A DNA stretch of 58,108 nt from a virus, in the IMG/VR virus record IMGVR_UViG_3300014961_000001, positions 1-58,108 of that record; one strand, written 5' to 3'. The position numbers and the translations under genes are program-made. The first letter of the stretch is position 1. Every line of letters begins with the position of its first letter. The notes under the pieces are model-generated. The model had not been told where the DNA came from, ran no database searches, and was given only the letters and a program-made list of their open reading frames with translations. Below are positions 9,201 through 17,992 of the stretch, one piece after another.

Positions 9201-12200
9201 TCAAGTAGCTGCTGTTTGGTCTGACTAGAAAACTCTGAAACTAAACTCTCCTGGTTATCCATTAAAGCCTTGTACGCTGCTTTTAATTCATCCAGTGTTA
9301 GGCTTTCGTCACCATCGTCTAAACGCTCTGTGACTGCATCAAACTGTTTTCGTACTGCTTCATAGTCACTGGCTTGAGTTTCTTCTACTGGTGGTGCTGG
9401 CTGCTCCGGTTCTATTTTTGCAGAATCAACTTTATAAAGGTTTGGATTCTTTGCCTTTTCAATCGCCAAAATATTAGGATTAAAAGAAAATTGGCCGCCG
9501 CTTTCAGACTGTAGGGTTATTTTAGCCTTCGCTGCTGTGACGATGGTGTATGGCTCATTTGGCAAGGCATAGTCAAATACTTCGCTAAATGTAATCGTAT
9601 CACCCACCTTTAAAACATCATTACTTTGATTTTTTGGCTTTGATTTTCCTTCGTCAGTAATCCAAACAGGTACACCCATGTGACGGCGCACACCGTCCGT
9701 TATGCCTTTGTAGTCTTTACCAATCGCCTTCCATTCTTCCATTGTCATGTGTTCTGCGCTGTCTGGATGAGTAATCCATTCATTGCTTGCGCGTTTTTTA
9801 TTGGCCTTAGCTTCTGCGTCTGCCTTAATTTTGGCCTCCACTTTGGCCTGTTCTGCTGCGTCTTTTTCTGCTTGAGCCTGTGCTTCGGCTTCTGCATCTG
9901 CCTGTTTCTGCTTTGGAGTTCTGGCGGCCAAAACTTTTAATTTTGCATAGCCTTTCAATCGTTCCAGTTCTGCATCAAATTTGGCAGTAGCTTTATCCAA
10001 AGCAGATCCACGCTGATCAGCTTGCTTAGAATTGAAGTTATTGCGTCCAGCTCTCGCCGAACTCACTGTTGCACTGGCTGCATTTAACAACGGCGGTAAT
10101 GCTTCATTAATGTAGCTTTCCTTAACCCAGTTTATAGCGTCATCAAGTGCGGTTTGCTGGGCTTCTGTGGTTGCCAGTGCTTGAGCATCATCAGTTTCAG
10201 CCTGAATAAACTTATCAAATGATTCTTTGAAGGATCTAGCTGTATTGCCAGGCGAAAGGTGTGCATGGCCGTATGCTTCTTTTACTTTATCAATAGGGAA
10301 TGCTAACGGATCTTTAGCCTTCTCCTGGTTTTGCTCTGGCTGTATTGGTGCTGCTTGTGGTTCCTGTGCTTTCAGTGCTTCCTGGGTTTGGCGCAATACA
10401 AAACTTGACGGTGCAAGCTGTACAACCTCATGACTGTTTTCCAAGCCCTGATTTTTTAGTGTCGTGGTTGCTGCTGACTTGTTGGCAAAAGGTTGATTGT
10501 CAGATTTACGTCCAATATCGCCAGATTTCATACCTTCCGGTGCATCATTTTCCTGAATGCCGTTTTCGCTTGTTTTTTGATCATTTACAGTTTTGGCTTC
10601 TGGGTTGATACCCACCCACTCACCACTTGGTTTTTTAACCCCGATAACGCTTACGCTACCATCGTTATTTTTACGGACATTGTAGTTAGGGTTTGATTGT
10701 GCCGATTTAATGGAATCGGGTTTTGAGAACTTAACTTCTTCCCCTTTCTCGATCTTTCCAGCGACTTGCTGAATGGCTGCATCACTTACACCTGACGCAA
10801 TATCAGAAAAACCTTTAGCGATTTGATCTGCTAGGCTTAGTTGTTCTTTCGGTGCTTCTTTTCCTTTTGAACGTGGATTCACTGACTCAATAGCATTTGA
10901 ATCAATAACTACATATTCAGTACGTCCTCGCGGATCTTTACCAACAACTACGCCATAGCCTTGTGAAGTAAGTTCATTAATGTAGTTTTCAGATAAACGA
11001 GTAACATCACCTGACTTGTTTAATACTTTGGTGTTTGGCTTGATCTTTACGTCATATAGGGTAGGTGTTCCGCCCATCATTCCAGCATAGCCTTCCGCTT
11101 GGTTTGCATCTGCCTCACTTGTTCCGTAAAAGCCGCCATAAACTCGGCCTTTTTTACCTTGTTTTTGACCATCAGCACGAATAATCTGAATATTCTCTGC
11201 TTTTAGTTCGCTGTTTCCAGAACCATGAACAATGGTTGTTCCTTTTTCCAGAACTTCGGTTGTACCGTCTGTACGCTCTGGTTGTGCTAATGGCTCTTTT
11301 GACTTACTGCCATTAATCGCCTTCACAATTTCAGTGGCTTCTTTTAAAACATCTTCCCGCGAACGGCCACTATCAATTTCATCATTGATCAATCGTGGTT
11401 TTATTGAAGGGTTGTTTAAGTGAGCGTCACGGAACTTATCCGCAAAACTCAAATTACCAGACGGCGCTGGTTGTTCGGTTTTTGTTTCTGTGTTTTCTGG
11501 TGCTTGGCCATGCCACACGCCATTATCATCACGTACACCAATAACATCAACACTTCCGTCTTCGTTATCTGCAACGTGATAATTTGGATTCTTTTTAGCT
11601 GCTTCGATTGAAGCTGTCTTGAAATACTGAACACGCTTACCCTGTGCAAGTTTTCCTGCTACTTCTCCAATTGCGGCACTAGCAAAAGCATTCCCAAGCG
11701 TGCTGAAAATTCCTGTAATTTGCTCTGCGTTACTTAACTCTCGGTCTTGAAATTCTTGTTTTGGTGCTGTTGGTGGATTGGTAATAGGCGTTCCGATAGG
11801 TGGAACGGCGTTAAGCATGTCATCGAAAGCCTGATCGCTTTCAGGGTCATCAGCCTGTGTTATTGATTTAGGCTGGACAATAATTTGACCTTCACCCTTT
11901 TTAATAATCTCATGGCTATCTTTTAATCCGTTTGTTTTTACGAAATCACTTGCTCTCACATAATTTGTGAAAGTTTTAGGTTTATTGTGGTCTGGCTGTT
12001 TTGTTGGTGTTGGCTGTACTGGTTGTTGTGCTTCCTCTGGATCTAATAAATCAGGCACATTCTCAGGATTTAAGCTATCAACACTGACCATCCCTTCTGA
12101 AAAATTGGATAAATTAGGATCTGCCGGTGTTGGCTGTACAATATTTTTAGGCTTGTAACCAAAGTCGTTTAGGTTCGGATCATCTGGAATGATGCCTTGT

Positions 12201-14383
12201 TTTTTGAAAACAACAATCGTCCCATCTTCTGCAATTTCAATGTCATGTGAATCAGTCAAGCCATTAATACGCACATAATCATTGGCTTTGGCTGCATTAT
12301 GGAACTCTTTAGGCTCGTTAAAATCCTCCTGAAACGGCGATGGTTGATTAGGGTCAATTGGTTCAAAGGTGTTCGGATCTAACTCAGCCGGATTGCTAAA
12401 CAGTCCTCTATCTTGTGGGTGAATCTGCTGCTTAACATGATTATTCACAATACTGGATACAGACGGCTTTTTCGGTGCTTTGGTTTGAGAATAGCGCGTA
12501 ATCGACTGAATAAGCTCTTGCGCCTGGTCTGTGTCGATATTACCCAGTGAAACGGCGTTCATTACCACGTTATGCGCTGCTGCCACATCACCTGTCATTG
12601 TGAGGGTAAATACATCGGCTCGAATAGGGTCTGTCTGAATCGCCTGTGCTTCTTCTGGCGTGATAAACCCATTACTTATGCTATCCATCACCAGATTGGT
12701 GGTGTTTGCCATGCCCTGATTAAATGGGGCTGCTGGTGTTGGTTGTGGCTGTGCTGCTGCCTGTGGTGCTGGTTGCGGTTGTGATGTTGGTTGTGGTTGG
12801 GCTGCTGGTCCCTGTTGTGCGGCTTGTTGCTGCTGTGGTTGGTATTGTGCGGCGAAACGCTGGACAAAATACGGCGTATCAATACCGTACTGGTCATAAG
12901 CTGCTTTAACTTTTGTTGCTTCTGCACCAATATTATTCAGGTTGTCTTGTGCGCTTTGGAGTGCTGCTGGATCGTTAAGCTGCATGGCATCTGCCAGCTC
13001 TTTACGTGCTGCGGCTTCTTCCTGGCGTAACGTGTTAGTCTGGTTGCGTAATTGCTTTGCCGCTTCCTTGGCTTGGCTTGTAGGTGATCCACCAGTAGCA
13101 GACTGCATACCGCCGCCCATGATACCGCCGACCAAACCTTCTTCTAAAATGGTCTTGCCGACCTTGCCATAATCAACCGGTGTACCGCCAATATTGGCCG
13201 ATGCAGCTTGAGCGCCATACTCACCAATACCACCCTGTAAACCTTCCTCTAGGGCCTGTTTACCCACCATTTTGGCCGCTGCTTTGTTGGCTGCAAGACT
13301 TACATCTGGAACCAATTTAGCCATGCCGGTACGTGGGACCTGCTGCAATTCACGCCTAACCAAAGTTGAATCTACACCGCCGCCGAACAGCTTTTTACCT
13401 ATTTGGCTGGTAGGTGCATTTTTCAGGATACCAGATCCAAGGACTGCACCGGACGGCGCAATAAATTCGATTGCAGTCATGGCTGCACCGTATTTATTCG
13501 CGGCCTGTTCTGAAAGTGTATCTAAGGTTTCGGCATGGGCTTGTTGACGTGCCTGATTAATGCTTATGCCGTTGTTTAATTTTTCTTGGAAATTTTGCTC
13601 AAATAAGGGATTACCTTGCAGCTTTTCCCAGGTTGGAAAATCTCGCTCTAAATTGGCTGTGGCATTACGGCGTACTTCGCCATAGTTCTGGGTAAGCCCT
13701 GTGGCTACACCGGCACCAAGACCTAAATAGGGTGCTACTTTTTTAAGTGCTGGAATCTTCCCAGCGGTAGCCACCACGCCTTTAGCCGCGCCAAATGGTG
13801 CAATCATGGCTGGTACGGATTGAATTGCACCAGTAGATAGCTGCGATACCTTTCCATGCTTGCCGGCTTGTAGTTCATTCTGGAAGGTGGAAGCGCTACC
13901 TTCGTATTCTTTTCTAAGGTTTTTACCGTAATTTGCAAGTTTTGCTGAAATAGAATCCCGTTCATTTTCACCAATATCGCGCACAAAGCCAGCTGCACTT
14001 TCAATTGTGCTACCTACGCCCTGTCCAAACAGGTTCCCAATAGTTTCACCAGTAGACACAATGGCTTCTTTGATGATCGGAAAATTACTGCCAGTCTTTA
14101 CGGCTTCTTGATTGGCCTTGTCTGCTCGTTTGTCCTTGGCAAAGCTGCGGCTACTCTGTCCGGCTTTCGGCAATAGTCCAGCACTCTGCATGACCTTATC
14201 AGTCTGTGAGTACCATTTTTCACGTGCCTGAACAATCGCGGTGTCATTTGCACCACGTTTAGTTAGTTCAGGAATCACTTTGTCTTTGAATAGACGTTCA
14301 CGCTGACTGATTAATTGACTTGCATCTGCGCCTTCTGCCGCTGCCTTTGCTGCTAAATTGCTAAAGTGCTGGTTAATATTCAC
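3254..14383 (-). CDS. Giant polyvalent internal virion or ejection protein (3709 aa): N6-adenine DNA methyltransferase, HExxH zincin motif, possible ART-like segment, repeated small modules, C-terminal membrane-spanning region
   Basis: GTG start with a TAAGAGG Shine-Dalgarno. Methyltransferase motif I VLEPSAGMGHI (7331-7360) and motif IV IIMNPPF (6991-7012). HELGGH is at 6452-6481. Hydrophobic segment FAFVWYMGFSAMFGVVNL lies in the C-terminal third. The gene sits next to a lytic-transglycosylase virion protein. Confidence 0.75.
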   Translation of the reverse strand: MNINQHFSNLAAKAAAEGADASQLISQRERLFKDKVIPELTKRGANDTAIVQAREKWYSQTDKVMQSAGLLPKAGQSSRSFAKDKRADKANQEAVKTGSNFPIIKEAIVSTGETIGNLFGQGVGSTIESAAGFVRDIGENERDSISAKLANYGKNLRKEYEGSASTFQNELQAGKHGKVSQLSTGAIQSVPAMIAPFGAAKGVVATAGKIPALKKVAPYLGLGAGVATGLTQNYGEVRRNATANLERDFPTWEKLQGNPLFEQNFQEKLNNGISINQARQQAHAETLDTLSEQAANKYGAAMTAIEFIAPSGAVLGSGILKNAPTSQIGKKLFGGGVDSTLVRRELQQVPRTGMAKLVPDVSLAANKAAAKMVGKQALEEGLQGGIGEYGAQAASANIGGTPVDYGKVGKTILEEGLVGGIMGGGMQSATGGSPTSQAKEAAKQLRNQTNTLRQEEAAARKELADAMQLNDPAALQSAQDNLNNIGAEATKVKAAYDQYGIDTPYFVQRFAAQYQPQQQQAAQQGPAAQPQPTSQPQPAPQAAAQPQPTPAAPFNQGMANTTNLVMDSISNGFITPEEAQAIQTDPIRADVFTLTMTGDVAAAHNVVMNAVSLGNIDTDQAQELIQSITRYSQTKAPKKPSVSSIVNNHVKQQIHPQDRGLFSNPAELDPNTFEPIDPNQPSPFQEDFNEPKEFHNAAKANDYVRINGLTDSHDIEIAEDGTIVVFKKQGIIPDDPNLNDFGYKPKNIVQPTPADPNLSNFSEGMVSVDSLNPENVPDLLDPEEAQQPVQPTPTKQPDHNKPKTFTNYVRASDFVKTNGLKDSHEIIKKGEGQIIVQPKSITQADDPESDQAFDDMLNAVPPIGTPITNPPTAPKQEFQDRELSNAEQITGIFSTLGNAFASAAIGEVAGKLAQGKRVQYFKTASIEAAKKNPNYHVADNEDGSVDVIGVRDDNGVWHGQAPENTETKTEQPAPSGNLSFADKFRDAHLNNPSIKPRLINDEIDSGRSREDVLKEATEIVKAINGSKSKEPLAQPERTDGTTEVLEKGTTIVHGSGNSELKAENIQIIRADGQKQGKKGRVYGGFYGTSEADANQAEGYAGMMGGTPTLYDVKIKPNTKVLNKSGDVTRLSENYINELTSQGYGVVVGKDPRGRTEYVVIDSNAIESVNPRSKGKEAPKEQLSLADQIAKGFSDIASGVSDAAIQQVAGKIEKGEEVKFSKPDSIKSAQSNPNYNVRKNNDGSVSVIGVKKPSGEWVGINPEAKTVNDQKTSENGIQENDAPEGMKSGDIGRKSDNQPFANKSAATTTLKNQGLENSHEVVQLAPSSFVLRQTQEALKAQEPQAAPIQPEQNQEKAKDPLAFPIDKVKEAYGHAHLSPGNTARSFKESFDKFIQAETDDAQALATTEAQQTALDDAINWVKESYINEALPPLLNAASATVSSARAGRNNFNSKQADQRGSALDKATAKFDAELERLKGYAKLKVLAARTPKQKQADAEAEAQAQAEKDAAEQAKVEAKIKADAEAKANKKRASNEWITHPDSAEHMTMEEWKAIGKDYKGITDGVRRHMGVPVWITDEGKSKPKNQSNDVLKVGDTITFSEVFDYALPNEPYTIVTAAKAKITLQSESGGQFSFNPNILAIEKAKNPNLYKVDSAKIEPEQPAPPVEETQASDYEAVRKQFDAVTERLDDGDESLTLDELKAAYKALMDNQESLVSEFSSQTKQQLLDKMHPYYTAMYKSHKKDELVNKWVSNTFRAMDFASGGVVTISYGDKRTMPEIVRDKIEAATQEDLNKYLEEQRQAKIQREKDLEAAEAGMNDPKTMDDFKRIYANGDFKDFKDFYRSLTIPQQALYDELKSDAYNEQRMQEIERNKAYREASNPSHAVESTTEATLFAGKHTKKGTDIWTVTLNGRVDGDAFNDYRSQAKGLGGYYSSYKGGGAVPGFIFDNEATANEFLNLVTGDHEAKSTDPEPEAIAVDPQAEVEVIETDAKRQADKLREKAQAVIDRGEQNINRDRKTNTAKRAGDAARAEERANSAIFLGETLNRIADGIENGSVKYLSRLGAMTQLSHLESLLQRASYDQQRETNAKEREITATTIAYAEFPQYKTWTDSFNNIRSDLKAANPRLAEKLEKTIGIRYHNAYARWLNETNEFGTENYVGQLARKSDGSPAVFKTNIKQAETLVKASNKRAGKDSFEVFKIKNGEYAVISSYETAMENGSWKPTNSDKQMTLTNEFGSELYNALRQYKRKNPSYYMNWLIESMHDSVSRMEKLGIHDPATFRAAMREYLSLRSKEKANDPIKEMERSMIGRSNDGLDFFPTPRNVVEQMIEMADLDSDMKVLEPSAGMGHIADVLKDHGIKPDVIELSGKRQDLLKLKGYSVVGNDFLMFDPKNRAPNYGDVFKTADGKYQGVMRGSGSLGSNRVRLMREDDGQMITYFDRDELELVKMNGINYDRIIMNPPFSDRRDAAHIYHAFDLLADDGVMVAIAGEGVFFGKDKAAKEFQDWLDQVGAEITPLDAGTFNDPSLPVTTGVKARIIKINKADSSGKRFSRSEDLNQVPAHVKENTSGSTPNQIRTELVNRFGEDTIQQLEQKGILSIVPTHTEQGVEGFAENGRVTLIADAITAENIVPVFLHELGGHVGMQGVLKASAYDNLMSEFNRLVKSGNPDAIEAKRLAERESDAQVQADEYLPYLITVAARNQQNQGPAQKLISRVLSAVKAWAVDKLGLNLKLNSNDMVALAERMIKTISKGTPPTPPKGERRYSRSSTANPQNMSRSKQRELLDKAASTAFGQLSLRGAEASKTLSNRTLNLFQTMLHKSLRDETGQFKKTFDLVQGKINHVTFASSKSMDVAPSILTQLEEGGDYWKEVKRVGRTMGHTLSGGKIDKAKVDKDLKKIGDLMFENTLLDNSERHTVKELKQLGFDDDQIGLYNEIRDAIDTSLDTFANTTFSNIYKHLGGTNEEVLELAGQDLDITDHYNEILKRIDTLTKGKPEKSEARQAAIEAVDRVFKKANDLKDQGYVPLMRFGKYFVRIWNPTTGEVSYRQHFESESERNIYFRDQEKKGNLPPGTVLEKGQINELQYKLFQGVSPETVALFAKESGLPIGDAETAYIKYAVQNNHALKRLLKRQGIDGFDTDVKRVLASFVMSNARYSANQSYNPAIDESITNIEDPAFQEDAIRLRDYSLDTQEELAAVKNFAFVWYMGFSAMFGVVNLTQPLLQTLPYLMQYSKDHNTIFKAMGKAITTWAKGTDAMDSKYKAHYERARKEGHLDPQNTWMMQGLERGKSGLGASTWQLVSHASGLFAQASETVNRRTSLFAALDVAESLGQTKLEQLGFKDAYDFAVRTIQETQGIYNKGNRPRVSRGNVGSVLMMYKQFMIAYIEQMVRMQKSGLYGGEDDEFKKKMAALVGFGVSRSVLTMLGILMALSGTTGLPFVRDILDGIETAGGLVGKPVNTEREIQIALHDALGQTMGSAVNTALMDGIVNLNPLIDVKGRMGMGDLIPATAYFSPTTSDYMKSSEISQIAGPIGGLLEKVKESVALAQVGAYGQSGVQLLPKAITSVGQGAIAATTGDYRNMKTGVKTNDVTPWEGVIKILDAQPASIAKEGRVRGYEMKDKSAQTYVNARWKERYVNALESGDRTQVRTVKQEIREYNKSNPRYPVKFNQKLAETNFKKSNQSWQEKRKTVKGLEWMSEYNPYLDQ
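6889..7432 (-). other. N6-adenine DNA methyltransferase domain within the giant protein
   Basis: DFFPTPRN, VLEPSAGMG (SAM-binding motif I), then NPPF (motif IV). The order I then IV fits gamma-type amino-methyltransferases. Confidence 0.75.
10890..11250 (-). other. Possible H-Y-E ADP-ribosyltransferase-like segment within the giant protein
   Basis: IVHGSG (His at about residue 1053), GGFYGTS about 30 aa later, and RTEYVVID about 103 aa after the His. This resembles the PARP or diphtheria-toxin HGS, Y, E-Y-hydrophobic layout. Judged by eye only. Confidence 0.3.
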
Positions 14384-14489
14384 AGTAAAACCTCTTAGTT
14401 AATCGGATTTACTGTCTGTTGCGGTTGCCAAAAACGGCAAAAATTAAGTGCTGATTATTGTTTTGTGAGTATATTTCAAAAGCTAAGGT

Positions 14490-16679
14490 TTAGCTTTTGT
14501 TTTGTAGTAATTTTAGCTTTAATGCTTTCGCTGCTTCCGTGGTAGATCCGCCATAGAAAGGCACTGTGCCTTGCTTAGGTAGCGGCATGAGCTGTTTAGA
14601 TTCATTTGTTTTTTGGGTTTTAGCCTTCTGTTTGGCTGCGCGTTCTGCATATACACGTTTATTGACTTCATCGGCTTGCGCTCGTTTACGTGCTGCTCGT
14701 TCCTCCATGTTTTTATCCATTTGGCTCTTGGGTTTTGCTGCTACTGGTGCTGCTTTGGCCGTGGTTTTAGGTGGCTCAAAACGTGAGGCAGCTTTGATTG
14801 CAGCATCGCCTTTCATCGGATTACGCATAGGTATAAATGCACCGCCAGATTTAGCGGCTGGCTTGGCTTGTGTCTGTTTTTGCACACTCCCCACGTTAAT
14901 CTCACCAAAGACGTTATCAATCTCACCGCTGCTTAGATTGCTTTGCTCTGCTGGTTTGGCGGCTTTCTGTCCTTGTCTGCCATGTGAGATCCAGTTACCA
15001 GCTTCAATCTTGTTTGTGGCTCCAACCAGTTCAGCGGCCTTCTGGTGTGTATATTCCTTTTTCTGCGCTGGTGTCATCATCTGCCCAGCTTCGGTTGAAT
15101 TAATTGCAGCACCCACCAGGGTAAGGATATTTTGATAAGCTGCTGCCCTCTCCTTACTGGTGTTACTGTTGGCAAACTTGGAAATATGTGTTTGTGTCCC
15201 TGCAAGGCCGCCAATAATGGCCGCATTTGCTCCCTTATCCAGTCCCAATTCTGTAGCCATTGCCGTGGCAGTATTCTTGATTGCTGCGGTAGACTGTGCG
15301 CTTATGCCTTGTATGTAGCTATTTTTGGCATTGACTGTCTGTTGTGCATTGTTTTGGTTGACCTGATCCACGGTGATATTGGTTGGCTGTCCACCAGCAC
15401 CCAGATAACCCAAAGCCTGATTGTATTTAACGATATGGCCGTACACTTGCTGACGTGCTTCTGGTTTTAAATTTAAGTGATCGAACCATGTGCCTTGCTG
15501 CCCTGCGCCCTCCCACCGTCTTAGCGCTGCATCAATAGCTGTTTCACCAGCGTTGTAGGCTGCGGCAATCAGGGTTGTATCGCCACCGTATTTTTTGTCC
15601 AGATAATCAATAAAGGCCGCACCAGTTTGAATATTGGCTTGAACATCAGTTAATGGATTTCCTTGAATATTGAATTTTTTAACAAAACTCTGGGCTGTTG
15701 GTCCATGAATCTGCATTAACCCATAACTTGAGCCGCTAAAAGCATTCGGTTTTCCTGCGGATTCAATCCCCATCATTGCCACGGTTTTGTTATACAGATC
15801 CGGTTGATTGCTCAAAAAACTCAGCATTGGTGCATTCTGCTGGGCAAAACCGATTGCACCTTGTACCCCAGATACCACGGCGGCGCTGGCCTTGCCTGAC
15901 CCTGAGTCGGTTCCACCTTTACCTGACAAGGTTGCCCGGTAATTCTGACCTTCTTGACCCAGCTCTGCGCGATAGTTCGCACCGCCCTGGCGGATATTTT
16001 CAAGACTTAGGGTGTTATTGTGCTTATAACCTTCCAGACCAATAGAGTTATTGTACTTGTTATTTTCTTTATTTACGTCATAACCATACTGCAACCCCAT
16101 TTTGCGTTCTTCCCAGCTATATTCCTGCTGCTTTAAAGCGGATTTTGCAGCATTGTCTACGCCAGTTTCATAGTTTTTAACTGGCTCAAGCTGCTGGTAG
16201 GTCGCTGAAACAAAGTCATCAATATTGACGTTCTCCCTGGCTGCTCGTACCAATGCACCGGTGTTTCGGTCTACAATGTTAATGTTGACTGTACCATCTG
16301 CATTTTTCACATAAGACAAGGCTTGGTTTGGATCAAAATTTGGATTGCCCACGTTGTCCTTGTTGGCAAATTCAACGTATGTGGATGCTGCCCGGTCAAT
16401 ATCACCGGTTGTTTTGAAATTCTGGTACATACCCAAGCGATCACTCAAAAGCTGCTTGCGGTTGGCTTCTGCTTGCTCTCTTGCGCTTGACTGCAAGGTG
16501 AAATCATTTTGCTTTACTGTCTGGCCATGTAATTCGGCTTGTTGCTTGTCCTGTACTGCTTGGCGACCACGTGTGTAGTCGCGTTCCTCTTTCTCTTTGG
16601 TTTCCGCTTTAAATTGATTTAAACCGGTGACAGCACCCACACCGGCTGCTGCTGCTACATTACCCCAATCAATAGACAT
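14490..16679 (-). CDS. Internal virion protein with soluble lytic transglycosylase (SLT) domain (729 aa)
   Basis: MMGIESAGKPNAFSGSSYGLMQI and AAYNAGE motifs (about 15480-15790), an N-terminal Gly/Ala hydrophobic segment and a Lys/Ala-rich C-terminus. Confidence 0.8.
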   Translation of the reverse strand: MSIDWGNVAAAAGVGAVTGLNQFKAETKEKEERDYTRGRQAVQDKQQAELHGQTVKQNDFTLQSSAREQAEANRKQLLSDRLGMYQNFKTTGDIDRAASTYVEFANKDNVGNPNFDPNQALSYVKNADGTVNINIVDRNTGALVRAARENVNIDDFVSATYQQLEPVKNYETGVDNAAKSALKQQEYSWEERKMGLQYGYDVNKENNKYNNSIGLEGYKHNNTLSLENIRQGGANYRAELGQEGQNYRATLSGKGGTDSGSGKASAAVVSGVQGAIGFAQQNAPMLSFLSNQPDLYNKTVAMMGIESAGKPNAFSGSSYGLMQIHGPTAQSFVKKFNIQGNPLTDVQANIQTGAAFIDYLDKKYGGDTTLIAAAYNAGETAIDAALRRWEGAGQQGTWFDHLNLKPEARQQVYGHIVKYNQALGYLGAGGQPTNITVDQVNQNNAQQTVNAKNSYIQGISAQSTAAIKNTATAMATELGLDKGANAAIIGGLAGTQTHISKFANSNTSKERAAAYQNILTLVGAAINSTEAGQMMTPAQKKEYTHQKAAELVGATNKIEAGNWISHGRQGQKAAKPAEQSNLSSGEIDNVFGEINVGSVQKQTQAKPAAKSGGAFIPMRNPMKGDAAIKAASRFEPPKTTAKAAPVAAKPKSQMDKNMEERAARKRAQADEVNKRVYAERAAKQKAKTQKTNESKQLMPLPKQGTVPFYGGSTTEAAKALKLKLLQNKS

Positions 16680-16688
16680 AATTTCACC

Positions 16689-17480
16689 TTATCCTAAAAA
16701 TGAGTCGTTGTTTGTGGTCTTGGGTCTAACGCTGGCGATATTGTCATACATCACGCCGCTTCCGACTTCTGTGCCATTGACCTTCATGCCTTTTGTGGCT
16801 GTATCAATGGTTGATAGTGGGACCGTTTCAGTCTTTCCACCCCATAGGTTTTTAATAGCATCTTGATTACCAAGTAATCCCTGGGTGATAGATGAAATAC
16901 CACCAGCAATGGCCTGATTTGCCATATTGCTCTGACTGACTGCGCTATTTGCGTATGAATTGGACAGGTTCGACATAGAGTTGTCTACGCTTGCCGCTGC
17001 ACCGTTTAGCATGGCGTTACCCTGTTGATACACTCCATAGCGTCTATTCCAGGTTGCATCATTTGCGAACTGGCGTTCGTTGTTTCGTGCATTGGTCACA
17101 TTACCAGCGGTAGCAACGGCCTGATTTAAGGCCAATTGACGATTACTGGATTCAGCGCGGCCACTATTCGGATTGATCCCTAGTCGCTGGTTTTGGTTAT
17201 CTAGAGCCTGTTTTGCATTGTCAAATGCTGTGGCTGTATCCGCATTAGCTTCACTGGTTACTCCACCTAGATCCGCCTGTACGCCTTTTTCAGCATCACT
17301 GACAACCATATCAATCAGGCCGCCGTACTGCTGGTTATAATCGTTATAACGCTGCTTGTTAAAATTCAGCGTATCACGCGCAATTCTATTGGCCTCTTTT
17401 TGTGCTTTTTTTGCGCTATTGTTTCCTATCAGCCCACCAATAGCACTAACTGCACCAATACCAACGGCAACCCAAGTCAT
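16689..17480 (-). CDS. Internal virion protein candidate (263 aa, N-terminal TM, Asn/Gln/Ala-rich)
   Basis: The N-terminus WVAVGIGAVSAIGGLIG is hydrophobic. There is an ATGA overlap with the upstream gene. Placement is between virion genes. Confidence 0.5.
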   Translation of the reverse strand: MTWVAVGIGAVSAIGGLIGNNSAKKAQKEANRIARDTLNFNKQRYNDYNQQYGGLIDMVVSDAEKGVQADLGGVTSEANADTATAFDNAKQALDNQNQRLGINPNSGRAESSNRQLALNQAVATAGNVTNARNNERQFANDATWNRRYGVYQQGNAMLNGAAASVDNSMSNLSNSYANSAVSQSNMANQAIAGGISSITQGLLGNQDAIKNLWGGKTETVPLSTIDTATKGMKVNGTEVGSGVMYDNIASVRPKTTNNDSFLG

Positions 17481-17938
17481 ACCGCACCTCTATTAAGTTG
17501 ATTTCTAAATTTTTGAACTTCGCAATCAGCAACAATTAAATCTTCTTCAATCACTGATAAATCCGTTGTTTCTGTGTGGTGGACTGTTTGGAAAATAAAA
17601 TCCTCAAGTGCAACAAAAATTCTTTTTGCCCCCGCCTTGGCTTCAAACGTGTAGGGTGCTGAAACCTCAAAAGACCCATGTTCCGTGTAAATCAAGGCTG
17701 AACCATGTTGAACGATACAAATATGGTCGTATTTATGGGTTTTGCCAACGATAATTGACCCGCACGGCGCGAACATTTCCCGAACATAGGTTTTATGGCC
17801 AAAGAAGTGCCTTACCGGGGGAGCTATATGCTGTACGGAAGGAAGTTTTACAAGTACATCTTGTAGCTCATGTACTCGTTTGATGAACTCATCACCTGTT
17901 ACGCTTAAATGCGTGTTGACTTGCTCTAAATCATTCAT
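17477..17938 (-). CDS. Hypothetical virion-module protein (153 aa, possible cupin-like beta-barrel)
   Basis: ORF with a good RBS (acacaggtg). The pattern HFFGHKTYVREMFAPCGSIIVGKTHKYDH is reminiscent of cupin metal sites. The functional guess is weak. Confidence 0.45.
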   Translation of the reverse strand: MNDLEQVNTHLSVTGDEFIKRVHELQDVLVKLPSVQHIAPPVRHFFGHKTYVREMFAPCGSIIVGKTHKYDHICIVQHGSALIYTEHGSFEVSAPYTFEAKAGAKRIFVALEDFIFQTVHHTETTDLSVIEEDLIVADCEVQKFRNQLNRGAV

Positions 17939-17992
17939 AAATACACCTGTGTAGATTAGGTGCTTGTTGCGGTTGCCAAGTACGGCAGAAAG

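Noticed and set aside
3503-13547. Many 60-140-aa plus-strand ORFs inside the giant gene, and similar ones inside the fibre, portal, scaffold, SLT and terminase genes
   Set aside because: These are shadow ORFs on the opposite strand of long, well-supported genes. Their translations are low-complexity (Cys/Leu/Ser-rich), and none has an independent start context.
3254-14383. A giant gene of about 3700 aa as an N4-like virion RNA polymerase
   Set aside because: No T7-like RNAP motifs were recognised. The protein instead shows methyltransferase (NPPF) and HExxH motifs, repeated small modules and C-terminal hydrophobic helices. It sits in an ejection-protein context.
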